Below the pieces are notes generated by a model that was not told where the DNA came from, made no database searches, and saw nothing but the letters and a program-made list of their open reading frames with translations. A DNA stretch of 32,000 nt from an uncultured Bacteroidota bacterium (GTDB lineage Bacteria > Bacteroidota > Ignavibacteria > Ignavibacteriales > Ignavibacteriaceae). Shown here piece after piece: positions 17,331 through 27,122 of this stretch (positions are counted from its first letter, which is position 1; every line of letters starts with the position of its first letter). The stretch lies in contig CAWAJW010000015.1 in NCBI GenBank assembly GCA_963782475.1, positions 811,007-843,006 of the forward strand, read 5' to 3'. The position numbers were made by a program, and so were the translations under genes.

Positions 17331-17569
17331 GGCGTGCATGGCAGTCTCAACGAAATAAAAACGGTTAAAACCGTTCACGAGAGGAAGAGCATTTCCTTTA
17401 ATGAGAACAACCCCGTCATGGTAAGCTATGTTTAACTACCGACGTTTAATATTCATTTTGTTAGGCAGGTTGAGGCATGATTCGTTATTGAATGCTGCAC
17501 CGGGACAGTCTTCGACAAGCTCAGACTGACAGTACGCTGCGGTCATTGCAGCATGGTGTCATTTCGACG
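17331..17569 (+). repeat. Module F (239 bp), copy 2
   Basis: Near-identical to 3251-3489, including the internal hairpins. Confidence 0.8.
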
Positions 17570-17860
17570 ACTGAAAGGAGGAGAAATCTTACGTAAGATT
17601 TCTCGCTCACCTATGAGTCATCCAATTTGGAGTTCGCTTCGAAATGACAATTACGATTACCGGCTTCATTGCTGCATTGGATTGATATGAGCTGAAACGT
17701 ATCCCGTAGTTCAGTTCTCCAGAACTGACTTTCTAAAGTGAGACGAAAAAGAGGTTAAAGACAAAAGAAAAAAGTGTAGTTCACCGAAACCTGCGGCTTA
17801 CGAAAACTTGTGTCTTCAACCGGGAGATAGCAGGAGTATGATAAGTTACTGTTAAGTGAG

Positions 17861-19288
17861 CTATGATATTACAGGGAGTGTGATTATAAACTTGGTACCC
17901 TGACCAATTATGCTCTCAACGTTTATAGTGCCTTGAAAGCTGGTGATAATACCGTAGGTGATCCACAATCCGAGGCCTGTGCCTTTTCCTTCTCTTTTAG
18001 TGGTAAAGAAAGGCTCAAATATTTTAGTGAGATTCTGGTCATCGATTCCTTTACCGGAATCTTCAAAAATAATAATTATATCGTCTTCATCCTTATCTGT
18101 TGATACTGAAATTTTCTTCTCTATCTTTTTATTAACCTGTTCGGATATTGCATCAACTGCATTTATTAAAATATTTACAAACACCTGCTGGATCTGATCT
18201 TCTATCAGCGGGATAAGCGGAATATCTTTATTTAAATTAAGAACGAAATTGATATCTTTAATTTTTGTACCTGCCCTGATTATCTCTACAGCATTATAAA
18301 TATTTTTATTTATATCGGTCAGGTTAAGCTCATAATTAGAAGGACGTGAAAAATCAACCAGGTCTCTTATAGTTTTTGAGATCCTGTTTATCTGCCCTTT
18401 TACCAGTTCAAGCTTTTCTTTGGCAAATTCATCTTCCGAAGATCTTTGTACCACCTGCACTAAAGCCGAAATGGATGCCAAAGGATTGCCGACTTCATGT
18501 GCAACTCCGGCAGCTAAAATGCCTATGCTTTCCATTTTTTGAGTATGGATAAGCTGTTTCTCCATCATTTTTTTATCACGCAGATCACGGTGAATACCGA
18601 AATATCCTGCAATATTTCCATCCGAATCAAGGAAAGGGGAAATAAGCACCTGTGTATAGAAGGGTTCACCGTTCTTTTTACGGTTCTCAATCTCGCCTAC
18701 CCATACTTTTCCCGATTTGATAGTTGTCCACATTTTCTTCCAGAATTTTTTTGACTGCTTACCGCTGGAAAAAATACTCGGGTTTTTCCCAATCAGCTCT
18801 TCTTCTGTATATCCGCTTGCATCTATAAAAGCAGAGTTGACATAGACCATTTTACCGTTTGTGTCTGTAACCTGTATAGGATTAACGGTGTTGTTGGCTA
18901 TTGAATAAAAACGTCTTAGATTAAGCTCCTTATTTTTTTCTTCCGTAATATCTTTTACGAAAACAAAAATATTCTTACTATCCTTCTGATACGGCGCTGC
19001 AATAATATTGGCATCAATTAAATGCTCACCGCTGCAGCATAATTTAATAGAAAGATTTTCAGATTTATTGCCGGAAATGCAGTTCCTGAGAGCAGCCTTA
19101 GTCTTTTCAATATTTGAAGATTCCACAAGCTTAAGAAAATCAAGGTTGATTAAATTCCCGTTTTTGTATCCGATCTTTTCTTCGGCAGCTTTATTAACAT
19201 TAATAATGTTGAAATCCTCGGATAACAGGAAACAAATATCGGGGATCGCGTCAAAAAGACTGAAGTCAAACTTTAGATCATTATTCAT
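17861..19288 (-). CDS. PAS-domain sensor histidine kinase (two PAS, HisKA, HATPase_c)
   Basis: H-box AAGVAHEVGNPL, N-box NILINAVDA, G-boxes FEDSGKGI and GTGLGLWI. The PAS S-box-like region reads VNSAFIDASGYTEEELIGKNPSIF. Confidence 0.85.
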   Translation of the reverse strand: MNNDLKFDFSLFDAIPDICFLLSEDFNIINVNKAAEEKIGYKNGNLINLDFLKLVESSNIEKTKAALRNCISGNKSENLSIKLCCSGEHLIDANIIAAPYQKDSKNIFVFVKDITEEKNKELNLRRFYSIANNTVNPIQVTDTNGKMVYVNSAFIDASGYTEEELIGKNPSIFSSGKQSKKFWKKMWTTIKSGKVWVGEIENRKKNGEPFYTQVLISPFLDSDGNIAGYFGIHRDLRDKKMMEKQLIHTQKMESIGILAAGVAHEVGNPLASISALVQVVQRSSEDEFAKEKLELVKGQINRISKTIRDLVDFSRPSNYELNLTDINKNIYNAVEIIRAGTKIKDINFVLNLNKDIPLIPLIEDQIQQVFVNILINAVDAISEQVNKKIEKKISVSTDKDEDDIIIIFEDSGKGIDDQNLTKIFEPFFTTKREGKGTGLGLWITYGIITSFQGTINVESIIGQGTKFIITLPVIS

Positions 19289-19667
19289 GCTGATTATAAT
19301 TTAACTTGAAGTTAAAACAATTCTTTTCTATTAACAATTAATCCCTGGAATATTGACATTTTAACAAAATTTTCCATAAGACTGGGAGAGAAGAGGTTTA
19401 TTTTTATAAAATAAAAAATAGCAATTATATACAAGTAAAGGGTAAAAATAGTATATAATTACCGGAAAAAAAAGGATATGTCCTTGGAGAAATCTACTTA
19501 TAATTAAAATAGTAAAAGTATTTCTGATAAAGTACTTTAACTTTGATTGTGATTATTCCAGCAGAATGACATTCCTGTGCTCCACTTTGATCAGGATCAA
19601 ACAAGTTCAGGCAAACCGGTTGTCAATTTATATCATAATTTTAGACAACCCCAGGGTTTTGATGAAA

Positions 19668-20993
19668 TTAAGACATCTGCCTGTTTAAATAAATTTCGGA
19701 AAGTTCATTGCTTAGCTCTTCCCTGAACTTAGGATGCGCAATATCTATAAGAGCTTTTGCTCTCTGCCTTATAGTCTTTCCGTAAAGATCGGCTATACCA
19801 TATTCTGTTACAACATAATGGACATCACCTCTTGTGGTTGTTACACCGGCACCCTGTGAAAGCTGAGGAACTATTCTTGAGCAGATAGAATTCCTTGCGG
19901 TAGATGGGATTGCAATGATCGGCTTTCCCCCTTTGCTTCTTGAAGCACCGCGAATAAAATCAAGCTGGCCGCCGAAACCGCTGTAAAATTTTGGTCCTAT
20001 TGAATCTGCGCAAACCTGGCCTGTCAGGTCAACTTCGATGGCTGAATTTATTGCCACCATTTTATCATTTCTTGCTATAATGAAAGGATCATTTATATAA
20101 TGTGAAGGATGAAATTCCATGATAGGATCATTATCTATATAATCAAAAAGTTTCCGCGTTCCCAATACAAATGAAGAAGAGAGCTTACCTGTATGATAAG
20201 TCTTTTTCTCGTTAGTAATTACCCCGTCTTCAATTAATTTTATTACCCCGTCTGAAAACATTTCTGTATGAATACCTAAATGTTCCTTATCCCCTAAATA
20301 ATGCAAAACCGCATTTGGTATGTAGCCGATGCCCATTTGCAGAGTTGAACCGTCTTCAATTAAAGAGGCTATGTTCATACCTATCTTTTCATACACATCT
20401 TTTTCTTCTTCGGATAAATCTTTATCATTAGGCTTATATTCATGCAACGGATGGTCAACTTCAACACAATAATCAATCTTATCAATATGAATAAATGTAT
20501 CGCCCATGGTTCTCGGCATGCTTGGATTAATTTGAGCAATAACAATCTTTGCGCATTCGGTAGCAGTTTTTGTACACTCCACTCCAACACCATAGCTGCA
20601 GTAGCCATATTTATCAGGGGGAGAAACATTTATTAAAGATACATCGACGGGCAAAACATTACGCTGAAAAAGATAAGGTATTTCAAAGAGAAAAACCGGT
20701 GTGAAATCGGCTCTTCCTTCATTTATAGCACCCCTTACATTCTTACCAATAAAAAGTGCATTGTGCCTGAATCTGCCTGCCATTTCAGGAGAAGAATAAG
20801 GAGATATGCCGAGAGTTAGAAGATGAATTACTTCAACATTCTCTAAACGCTTTTCAAGGTTGCACATTGCATTTAGAAGAACATCCGGTGTAGCGCAGCC
20901 GGGGTGAACATATACACGGTTATTAGATTGGATGGAATAAACAGCTTTTTCAGCTGAACATACCTTCGATTTATATGAATCTATCCATTTCAT
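19668..20993 (-). CDS. Acetyl-CoA hydrolase/transferase family protein (4-hydroxybutyrate CoA-transferase-like)
   Basis: Length 441 aa. Family motifs: LQMGIG.IPNAV, GIHTEMFSDG, SGFGGQLDF, and a C-terminal AHPKFREEL region. Confidence 0.8.
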   Translation of the reverse strand: MKWIDSYKSKVCSAEKAVYSIQSNNRVYVHPGCATPDVLLNAMCNLEKRLENVEVIHLLTLGISPYSSPEMAGRFRHNALFIGKNVRGAINEGRADFTPVFLFEIPYLFQRNVLPVDVSLINVSPPDKYGYCSYGVGVECTKTATECAKIVIAQINPSMPRTMGDTFIHIDKIDYCVEVDHPLHEYKPNDKDLSEEEKDVYEKIGMNIASLIEDGSTLQMGIGYIPNAVLHYLGDKEHLGIHTEMFSDGVIKLIEDGVITNEKKTYHTGKLSSSFVLGTRKLFDYIDNDPIMEFHPSHYINDPFIIARNDKMVAINSAIEVDLTGQVCADSIGPKFYSGFGGQLDFIRGASRSKGGKPIIAIPSTARNSICSRIVPQLSQGAGVTTTRGDVHYVVTEYGIADLYGKTIRQRAKALIDIAHPKFREELSNELSEIYLNRQMS

Positions 20994-21220
20994 AGATCTT
21001 TTCCCTTTTTTAATAGCTTGTGGCTATGTTAAAGTTTTGTATTTTTATAATTGATGCGCAAAGTACATACCATCAATAAAGTTTTCTTAATAGATGAAAT
21101 AGTAAACATTTAATTAATTATTTTTGCACCGGCTGGAAATTATTCTCTTCTATTCCCACAGTTGAGAAATAAATATCTTTTTATAATGGCTTGAAATCGC
21201 TATTTTACTCCATTGTTAAT

Positions 21221-21274
21221 GTGCCAGTCACTTCAAAAGTGACTGGCACATGACTGGTCTGGCACATGACTGGT
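21221..21274. promoter_or_regulatory. Candidate operator upstream of hemN: perfect 12-bp-arm palindrome plus two direct repeats of the half-site
   Basis: gtgccagtcact-tcaaa-agtgactggcac (21221-21249). ggcacatgactggt is repeated at 21245-21258 and 21261-21274. It sits in a divergent intergenic region, so a terminator role is unlikely. Confidence 0.45.
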
Positions 21275-21315
21275 ATATATGTGCCGGTTATTATTTATTA
21301 AGAAGGTGGTTTGCT

Positions 21316-22689
21316 ATGTTCACATTTGATATGGAAAAATATAAGAAATATAATGTGCCGGGTCCCCGCTATACAAGCTATCCTACTGCACTTAAATTTG
21401 ATCCTTCTTTTACTTATAAAGATTATTATGATGAAATAGAGATCAGCAGGAAAGATTCTGCTCAGGATCTATCTCTCTATTTTCATCTCCCTTTCTGCGA
21501 CACTCTCTGCTACTTCTGCGGATGCAATATGATTATTACACGGAACAGGGATAGAATAAAAAAATATCTTGACTATCTGAAAAGGGAAATTGATTTTATT
21601 AAAGAGAAAGCTGTTGATAATAAAAAAGTGATCCAGCTCCATTGGGGGGGAGGAACACCCACGCATCTTTCTCCCAATGAGATAAATGAACTCGCCTCTT
21701 ACATACAAAAAACATTTTCTTTTAAAGATAATGCCGAAGTAAGCTGCGAAATAGATCCGCGCGAGTTAACAAGAGAACACCTGGCAGCACTAAGAGAAAA
21801 CGGATTTAACAGGATCAGCCTGGGGGTCCAGGATTTTGATACGAAGGTACAGGAAGCTGTAAACCGAATTCAGCCTGATAAGGTAACGAACCAGACTGTA
21901 GAATGGATCAGGGAGCTTGGCTTTTTTAGTATGAATATTGATTTAATGTACGGTCTTCCTTTTCAAAGCCTTGAATCTTTTAGAAAGACTTTAGATAAAA
22001 TTATAAAAATATCTCCTGAGAGAATAGCTGTTTTTAATTATGCGCATGTTCCATGGATGAAAAAACATATGGCATTAATAAATGCGGAAGATTTACCCTC
22101 TGCCGAAACCAAGTTAAATATTCTGCAGCTTACAATTGAAAAATTAACTGAAGCAGGATATATATTTATCGGGATGGATCATTTTGCAAAGCCTGATGAT
22201 GAATTGTCTATTGCTCTTAAAGAAAAGAAAATGTACAGGAACTTCCAGGGATACAGCACATATCCTGATACAGATTTATTTGCTATGGGAATTACCGGCA
22301 TAAGCCAGGTTAAGGATGTTTTTGCTCAAAATTATAAAACGGAAAATGAATATTTTAATGCTATCGATAATAATATTTTACCGACAGCCAAAGGATACCG
22401 TTTAACTCTGGATGATAATATCAGGAGGTTTGTTATTATGCGGCTGATGTGTGACTTCGAATTAAATTTCCCTGCGGTAGAAAATAAATTTGGTATAGAC
22501 TTTCAAGAATATTTTGCAAAAGAATTAAACAGCTACGATGATATGGAAGCAGACGGCTTAATCAAAATAAATGAGAATAAGATTGAAGTTACCGGTATGG
22601 GACGATTATTAATACGAAATATTGCTATGAAGTTTGATGCCTATATTGATGATAAAAAAGAAGTATCAAAATATTCCAAAACTATTTAG
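21316..22689 (+). CDS. hemN: Oxygen-independent coproporphyrinogen III oxidase (radical SAM, HemN)
   Basis: PGPRYTSYPTA N-terminus, radical-SAM CDTLCYFCGC, GGGTP, and HemN C-domain. The ORF track starts at 21250, but the ATG at 21316 is preceded by aaggtgg (21303-21309) and matches the usual HemN N-terminus. Confidence 0.9.
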   Translation: MFTFDMEKYKKYNVPGPRYTSYPTALKFDPSFTYKDYYDEIEISRKDSAQDLSLYFHLPFCDTLCYFCGCNMIITRNRDRIKKYLDYLKREIDFIKEKAVDNKKVIQLHWGGGTPTHLSPNEINELASYIQKTFSFKDNAEVSCEIDPRELTREHLAALRENGFNRISLGVQDFDTKVQEAVNRIQPDKVTNQTVEWIRELGFFSMNIDLMYGLPFQSLESFRKTLDKIIKISPERIAVFNYAHVPWMKKHMALINAEDLPSAETKLNILQLTIEKLTEAGYIFIGMDHFAKPDDELSIALKEKKMYRNFQGYSTYPDTDLFAMGITGISQVKDVFAQNYKTENEYFNAIDNNILPTAKGYRLTLDDNIRRFVIMRLMCDFELNFPAVENKFGIDFQEYFAKELNSYDDMEADGLIKINENKIEVTGMGRLLIRNIAMKFDAYIDDKKEVSKYSKTI

Positions 22690-22751
22690 GGTTGAAGAGG
22701 CGCTGATTTCGGAAGAACTAACCGCTGAGGAAGAGTTATTTATACGATTCC

Positions 22752-22954
22752 CTTTTTAAGAATTAACCACAGAGTAAACAGAGAAGACTCAGAGGTAACA
22801 GAGGTTATTATTTTTTCTCTGCTATCTCTGCGGTAAAATACACCTTGCTAAACGATTCATCTTTTTAAGAATTAACCACAGAGTAAACAGAGAAGACTCA
22901 GAGGTAACAGAGTTATTTTTTTTGCAGCTCCTCTGTTATCTCTGCGGTAAAATA
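22752..22954 (+). repeat. Two tandem copies (109-bp period) of a CAGAG-rich hairpin element
   Basis: ctttttaagaattaaccacagagtaaacagagaagactcagaggtaacagag ... ctctg.tatctctgcggtaaaata at 22752 and 22861. accacagagtaaacagag is an imperfect inverted repeat of ctctgctatctctgcggt. Confidence 0.85.
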
Positions 22955-23140
22955 GACAGTGACGATATTTTCTTTTCTCTTCTTAAAGGTGATATATTAA
23001 TGCAGGTTGGGTGAAGAATGAATTGCTTTATATTCCGGAAAATATTTTTTATAAAGATGATTTTTATAATTATATTATAAGATTACTTTTGAGCAATTTA
23101 GACAACTTTTACAATATTATAATTATTCTACGGAGCAGTA

Positions 23141-25561
23141 ATGTATAAATTTCTAGGTACATATCATGTAGTACCATCTCTTCCGAAAAACCTGGAAAAA
23201 TTGAGAGAGATTGCTTACAACCTGCACTGGTCATGGAATCCGGATGCAAGGGAATTATTCAGAAGGCTCGATAGAGATTTATGGGTTGAGACTAATCATA
23301 ACCCCATAATAATGCTTGGAAATATGAGCCAGAACCGGCTTGAAGATGTTTCCCATGACGATGGTTTCCGTTCACATTTAAATAGAGTTCATAATTCTCT
23401 GCAGGATTATCTGAAAGAAAAAACCTGGTACCAGAAAAGTTATAATAATCCCGATACTTTTAATATAGCCTATTTCTCTGCCGAATTTGGTTTAACCGAA
23501 TGCCTGCAGAATTATTCAGGGGGCTTGGGTGTATTAGCGGGCGATCATTTAAAAGCTTCAAGCGATCTGGGAATTCCATTGATGGGGATCGGGCTTTTAT
23601 ATAAAGTCGGCTACTTCCAGCAATACCTTAATTCAGACGGCTGGCAGCTTGAAAGATATGAGATAAATGATTTTGATAATCTTCCGATGCAGCGTGTATT
23701 AAATAAAGAGGGTGAACCTTTAATCATATCAGTTTCTTTTTCCAACCGGGAGGTATTTTTCCAGGTCTGGAAGATACAGGTTGGAAGAGTACCTCTTTAC
23801 CTTCTCGACACCAATATCCAGGTAAATTCAGAAGCTGATAGGAAAATAACCGAAACATTATACGGCGGTAATGTTGAAACAAGAATTCAGCAGGAAATAA
23901 TCCTTGGGATCGGCGGAATAAGAACTCTTCATGCAATAGGTATTAAACCAATGGTATGCCACATGAACGAAGGGCATTCTGCATTCCTTTCTCTTGAGCG
24001 GATGAGACTTTTAATCCAGCAGACCGGTTTAAATTATAAGGAAGCAAAAGAAATCGGCTACTATTCCAATATATTTACTACTCACACTCCCGTTCCTGCA
24101 GGTATTGATGTTTTTTCTAATGAGCTGGTTGAAAAATACTTAGGTTCATATTATAGAGATGAGCTGAAAATTACAGGAGAAGAATTTTATTCTCTCGGTA
24201 CGATTTATAAAGATAAGCAGTCAAGTGTTTTTAATATGGCTCACCTTGCAATGAATACAGCGGGCTATGTAAACGGGGTAAGTAAACTTCATAGCTCGGT
24301 TTCAAAGAAAATGTGGGTGTCGGGTTACAGGGGGGTTCCGTTTAATGAAATTCCTATCGGTTATGTTACGAACGGGATTCATATACGTTCCCATATCTCA
24401 AGGGAAATGGAAGAGCTGTATGTTCAGTATTTAGGTGAAAAGTGGATAGAGAATCCTTCTTTAAAAGAGCTGTGGGAAAGAGTAGACAGGATACCGGATG
24501 AAGAATTATGGCGGACTCACGAAAGAAGGAGAGAAAGGCTTGTTGCTTTTGCAAGGGCTCGATTAAGAAATCAAATTCTTGCCAGAGGGGGGAGTCAGGC
24601 AGAGATTGAAAAAGCTGCTGAAGTACTGAACCCGGGTGCTTTAACAATCGGTTTCGCGAGAAGATTTGCAACTTATAAAAGAGCAACTTTAATCTTTAGA
24701 AATATTGAACGGCTCGCAGACATAGTTAATAGTAAAGAGCACCCTGTCCAGTTTATCTTTTCAGGAAAGGCTCATCCAAAAGATGATGAAGGTAAACGGC
24801 TTATACAGGAAATAGTCCAGATTGCAAAAGAGGACAGGTTTAGGAGAAAAATTGTTTTTATTGAGAATTATGATCTGAATGTGGCAAGGTATCTTGTAGA
24901 AGGATGCGATATCTGGCTGAATAATCCCCGCCGTCCCCTGGAAGCAAGCGGAACGTCCGGTATGAAAATCATTGCAAACGGGGGTTTGAATTTCAGCATT
25001 TTAGATGGATGGTGGGACGAGGGTTTCGATCCCGAAGTAGGCTGGAAAATCGGCAATGGTGAAGAGTACTCCGATCCGGATTATCAGGATGAGCTTGAAG
25101 CAAGACAGTTTTATACCACGCTTGAAAGCCAGATCGTCCCCTTATTTTATGCTAAAGGAGAAGATAAATTACCGCGCGGATGGATTTCTATGGTTAAAAA
25201 CTCAATGAAGAAGCTTGGACCCTATTTTAATACTCATAGAATGGTTATGGAATATTTTGAGAAGTATTATGCGTCAGCTTATGAAAGAAGAATTATGCTT
25301 TATGAAAAAGGTACTATTAAAGAGCTTGCAGACTGGAAAGAGAAGATCCGGCAAAGCTGGTCTCAGGTTAAAGTTCTTAATACTTTTACAAACGGTAATA
25401 TGAAACAAATCTTCGTTGGGGAAGACTTTCCGGTTAAAGCAGAAATAGACCTTGGTAATCTAACTCCGGATGACGTTGAAGTTCAGTTATATTATGGACC
25501 GATAGACAAACAGGATGATCCGAATTTCAGCTCTTCTGTAGTGATGGATTCAGATGTATAA
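23141..25561 (+). CDS. glgP: Alpha-glucan (glycogen/maltodextrin) phosphorylase, GT35 with DUF3417-type N-terminus; the C-terminal about 47 codons continue in another frame to 25703
   Basis: EFGL...YSGGLGVLAGDHLK and the PLP-lysine motif EASGTSGMK. After the stop, a shifted frame reads YKKSNGFYQYTGNIISQSSGQKGFTIRILPKHRLLINPFELGVVYWAN, with a stop at 25701-25703. Confidence 0.9.
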   Translation: MYKFLGTYHVVPSLPKNLEKLREIAYNLHWSWNPDARELFRRLDRDLWVETNHNPIIMLGNMSQNRLEDVSHDDGFRSHLNRVHNSLQDYLKEKTWYQKSYNNPDTFNIAYFSAEFGLTECLQNYSGGLGVLAGDHLKASSDLGIPLMGIGLLYKVGYFQQYLNSDGWQLERYEINDFDNLPMQRVLNKEGEPLIISVSFSNREVFFQVWKIQVGRVPLYLLDTNIQVNSEADRKITETLYGGNVETRIQQEIILGIGGIRTLHAIGIKPMVCHMNEGHSAFLSLERMRLLIQQTGLNYKEAKEIGYYSNIFTTHTPVPAGIDVFSNELVEKYLGSYYRDELKITGEEFYSLGTIYKDKQSSVFNMAHLAMNTAGYVNGVSKLHSSVSKKMWVSGYRGVPFNEIPIGYVTNGIHIRSHISREMEELYVQYLGEKWIENPSLKELWERVDRIPDEELWRTHERRRERLVAFARARLRNQILARGGSQAEIEKAAEVLNPGALTIGFARRFATYKRATLIFRNIERLADIVNSKEHPVQFIFSGKAHPKDDEGKRLIQEIVQIAKEDRFRRKIVFIENYDLNVARYLVEGCDIWLNNPRRPLEASGTSGMKIIANGGLNFSILDGWWDEGFDPEVGWKIGNGEEYSDPDYQDELEARQFYTTLESQIVPLFYAKGEDKLPRGWISMVKNSMKKLGPYFNTHRMVMEYFEKYYASAYERRIMLYEKGTIKELADWKEKIRQSWSQVKVLNTFTNGNMKQIFVGEDFPVKAEIDLGNLTPDDVEVQLYYGPIDKQDDPNFSSSVVMDSDV

Positions 25562-25776
25562 AAAGTCTAACGGGTTTTACCAGTATACAGGGAATATTAT
25601 ATCGCAAAGCAGCGGCCAAAAGGGATTCACTATAAGAATTCTTCCCAAGCACAGACTCCTTATAAATCCTTTTGAACTAGGTGTGGTTTATTGGGCGAAT
25701 TAAGAAATTTTGTCTCCGGGTTCTCAATTTGATTCCAAAGATCAGTTTTTATGATATTCCAATCAAAGGTTGATTT

Positions 25777-26943
25777 ATGAGTAAAAGTAAAGTTGCGGTT
25801 CTATATACATCTCCCAAAACAGTGCTGTCGGATTATCATCGTTTGATGAACCTGGCAGGTTACCAGGATGTTATTGCAAAGGATGCGGATACTGCATTAA
25901 AGATAAATATTTCATGGCATTTCTTTTTTCCCGGCAGTTCAACTACGCCATGGCAGCTTGAAGGTACAATACGTGCTATGAAGCAGGATGGTTATGACCC
26001 CGGATTGATTCATGCATGTCATAATCGTACAGTTGTTATTGATGCACATTTCGGTGAACGTGAAAATAAGCAGATCAATGTTGTTGAAGCGCACGGGCTT
26101 AGGAACATACACCTCTATGAGGGGGAGGAATGGATTCATATACGGGACGCTGTAGGTGATCTTGCCGATAAGTTTTTATGCCTTAATCAGGTTTATCCAA
26201 ACGGATTCAGTATTCCCAAAAGGTTTATCGGGGAAAACATTATACATCTGCCGACAGTTAAAACTCACATATTTACAACGACTACCGGCGCAATGAAAAA
26301 TGCTTTCGGCGGCCTGCTGAACGAACGCCGCCACTGGACTCATCCTGTTATTCATGAAACCTTAGTCGATCTATTGATGATCCAGAAGAAAATCCATCGC
26401 GGTATATTTGCAGTAATGGATGGTACATTCGCAGGAGACGGGCCCGGACCACGATGTATGATCCCTTATGTAAAAAATATTATTCTAGCCAGCTCAGACC
26501 AGGTTGCCATCGATGCCACAGCAGCCAAATTGATGGGATTAGATCCTTTATCAATAAAATTTATTCGACTTGCTAATGATATGGGTTTAGGCTGCGGAGA
26601 TCCGCGTGAGATTGAAATTGTCGGGGATCAGAAAGCGGCAAAGACCAACTGGAATTTTAATGGTCCTTTCAAAAAGATGACTTTCGCATCCCGTATGCAG
26701 CATAAAATTTATTGGGGACCGCTGAAAAAACCTCTAGAATGGTCACTTAAAACAGTGCTCGCACCCTGGTCATATATTGCAAGTGTTGTTTACCATGATA
26801 GTTTCTGGTACCCGGTAAAAGCAAAGAAGAGGATGGCGCAGGTGCTTAAAAGCGATTGGGGACATTTATTCCGCAACTGGGAAACATTGACACCAGATGC
26901 TGATGGTTTTCCTGACTGTTGGAAAAGAACCAGCGCTGCTTAA
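25777..26943 (+). CDS. DUF362 domain-containing protein
   Basis: The central region LPTVKTHIFTTTTGAMKNAFGGLL and ASSDQVAIDATAAKLMG is typical of DUF362. A possible C-terminal extension in another frame runs to 27064. Confidence 0.7.
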   Translation: MSKSKVAVLYTSPKTVLSDYHRLMNLAGYQDVIAKDADTALKINISWHFFFPGSSTTPWQLEGTIRAMKQDGYDPGLIHACHNRTVVIDAHFGERENKQINVVEAHGLRNIHLYEGEEWIHIRDAVGDLADKFLCLNQVYPNGFSIPKRFIGENIIHLPTVKTHIFTTTTGAMKNAFGGLLNERRHWTHPVIHETLVDLLMIQKKIHRGIFAVMDGTFAGDGPGPRCMIPYVKNIILASSDQVAIDATAAKLMGLDPLSIKFIRLANDMGLGCGDPREIEIVGDQKAAKTNWNFNGPFKKMTFASRMQHKIYWGPLKKPLEWSLKTVLAPWSYIASVVYHDSFWYPVKAKKRMAQVLKSDWGHLFRNWETLTPDADGFPDCWKRTSAA

Positions 26944-27122
26944 ACGTACCGGGCTGAAAGCTTTCTGGCGGTCAATGGGCATACTGGGATTAGCAGTCAA
27001 AGAAGCTCCTGAATTTGCTGCCAAAAGAAGGCGTAAAGTAAAGCTTGAGAATTCAAAAATTTAAGAAAGAATCAGAAGTAATTTCAAACTCATTAATGTA
27101 ATATTAAAGATACAAACTCTCG

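Noticed and set aside
21245-21274. Sigma-54 promoter (TGGCAC-N5-TTGC) upstream of hemN
   Set aside because: TGGCAC is present twice, but the element 5 nt downstream is TGGT, not TTGC(A/T). The GC dinucleotide of the -12 box is missing. The pattern is better explained as repeated half-sites of the palindrome.
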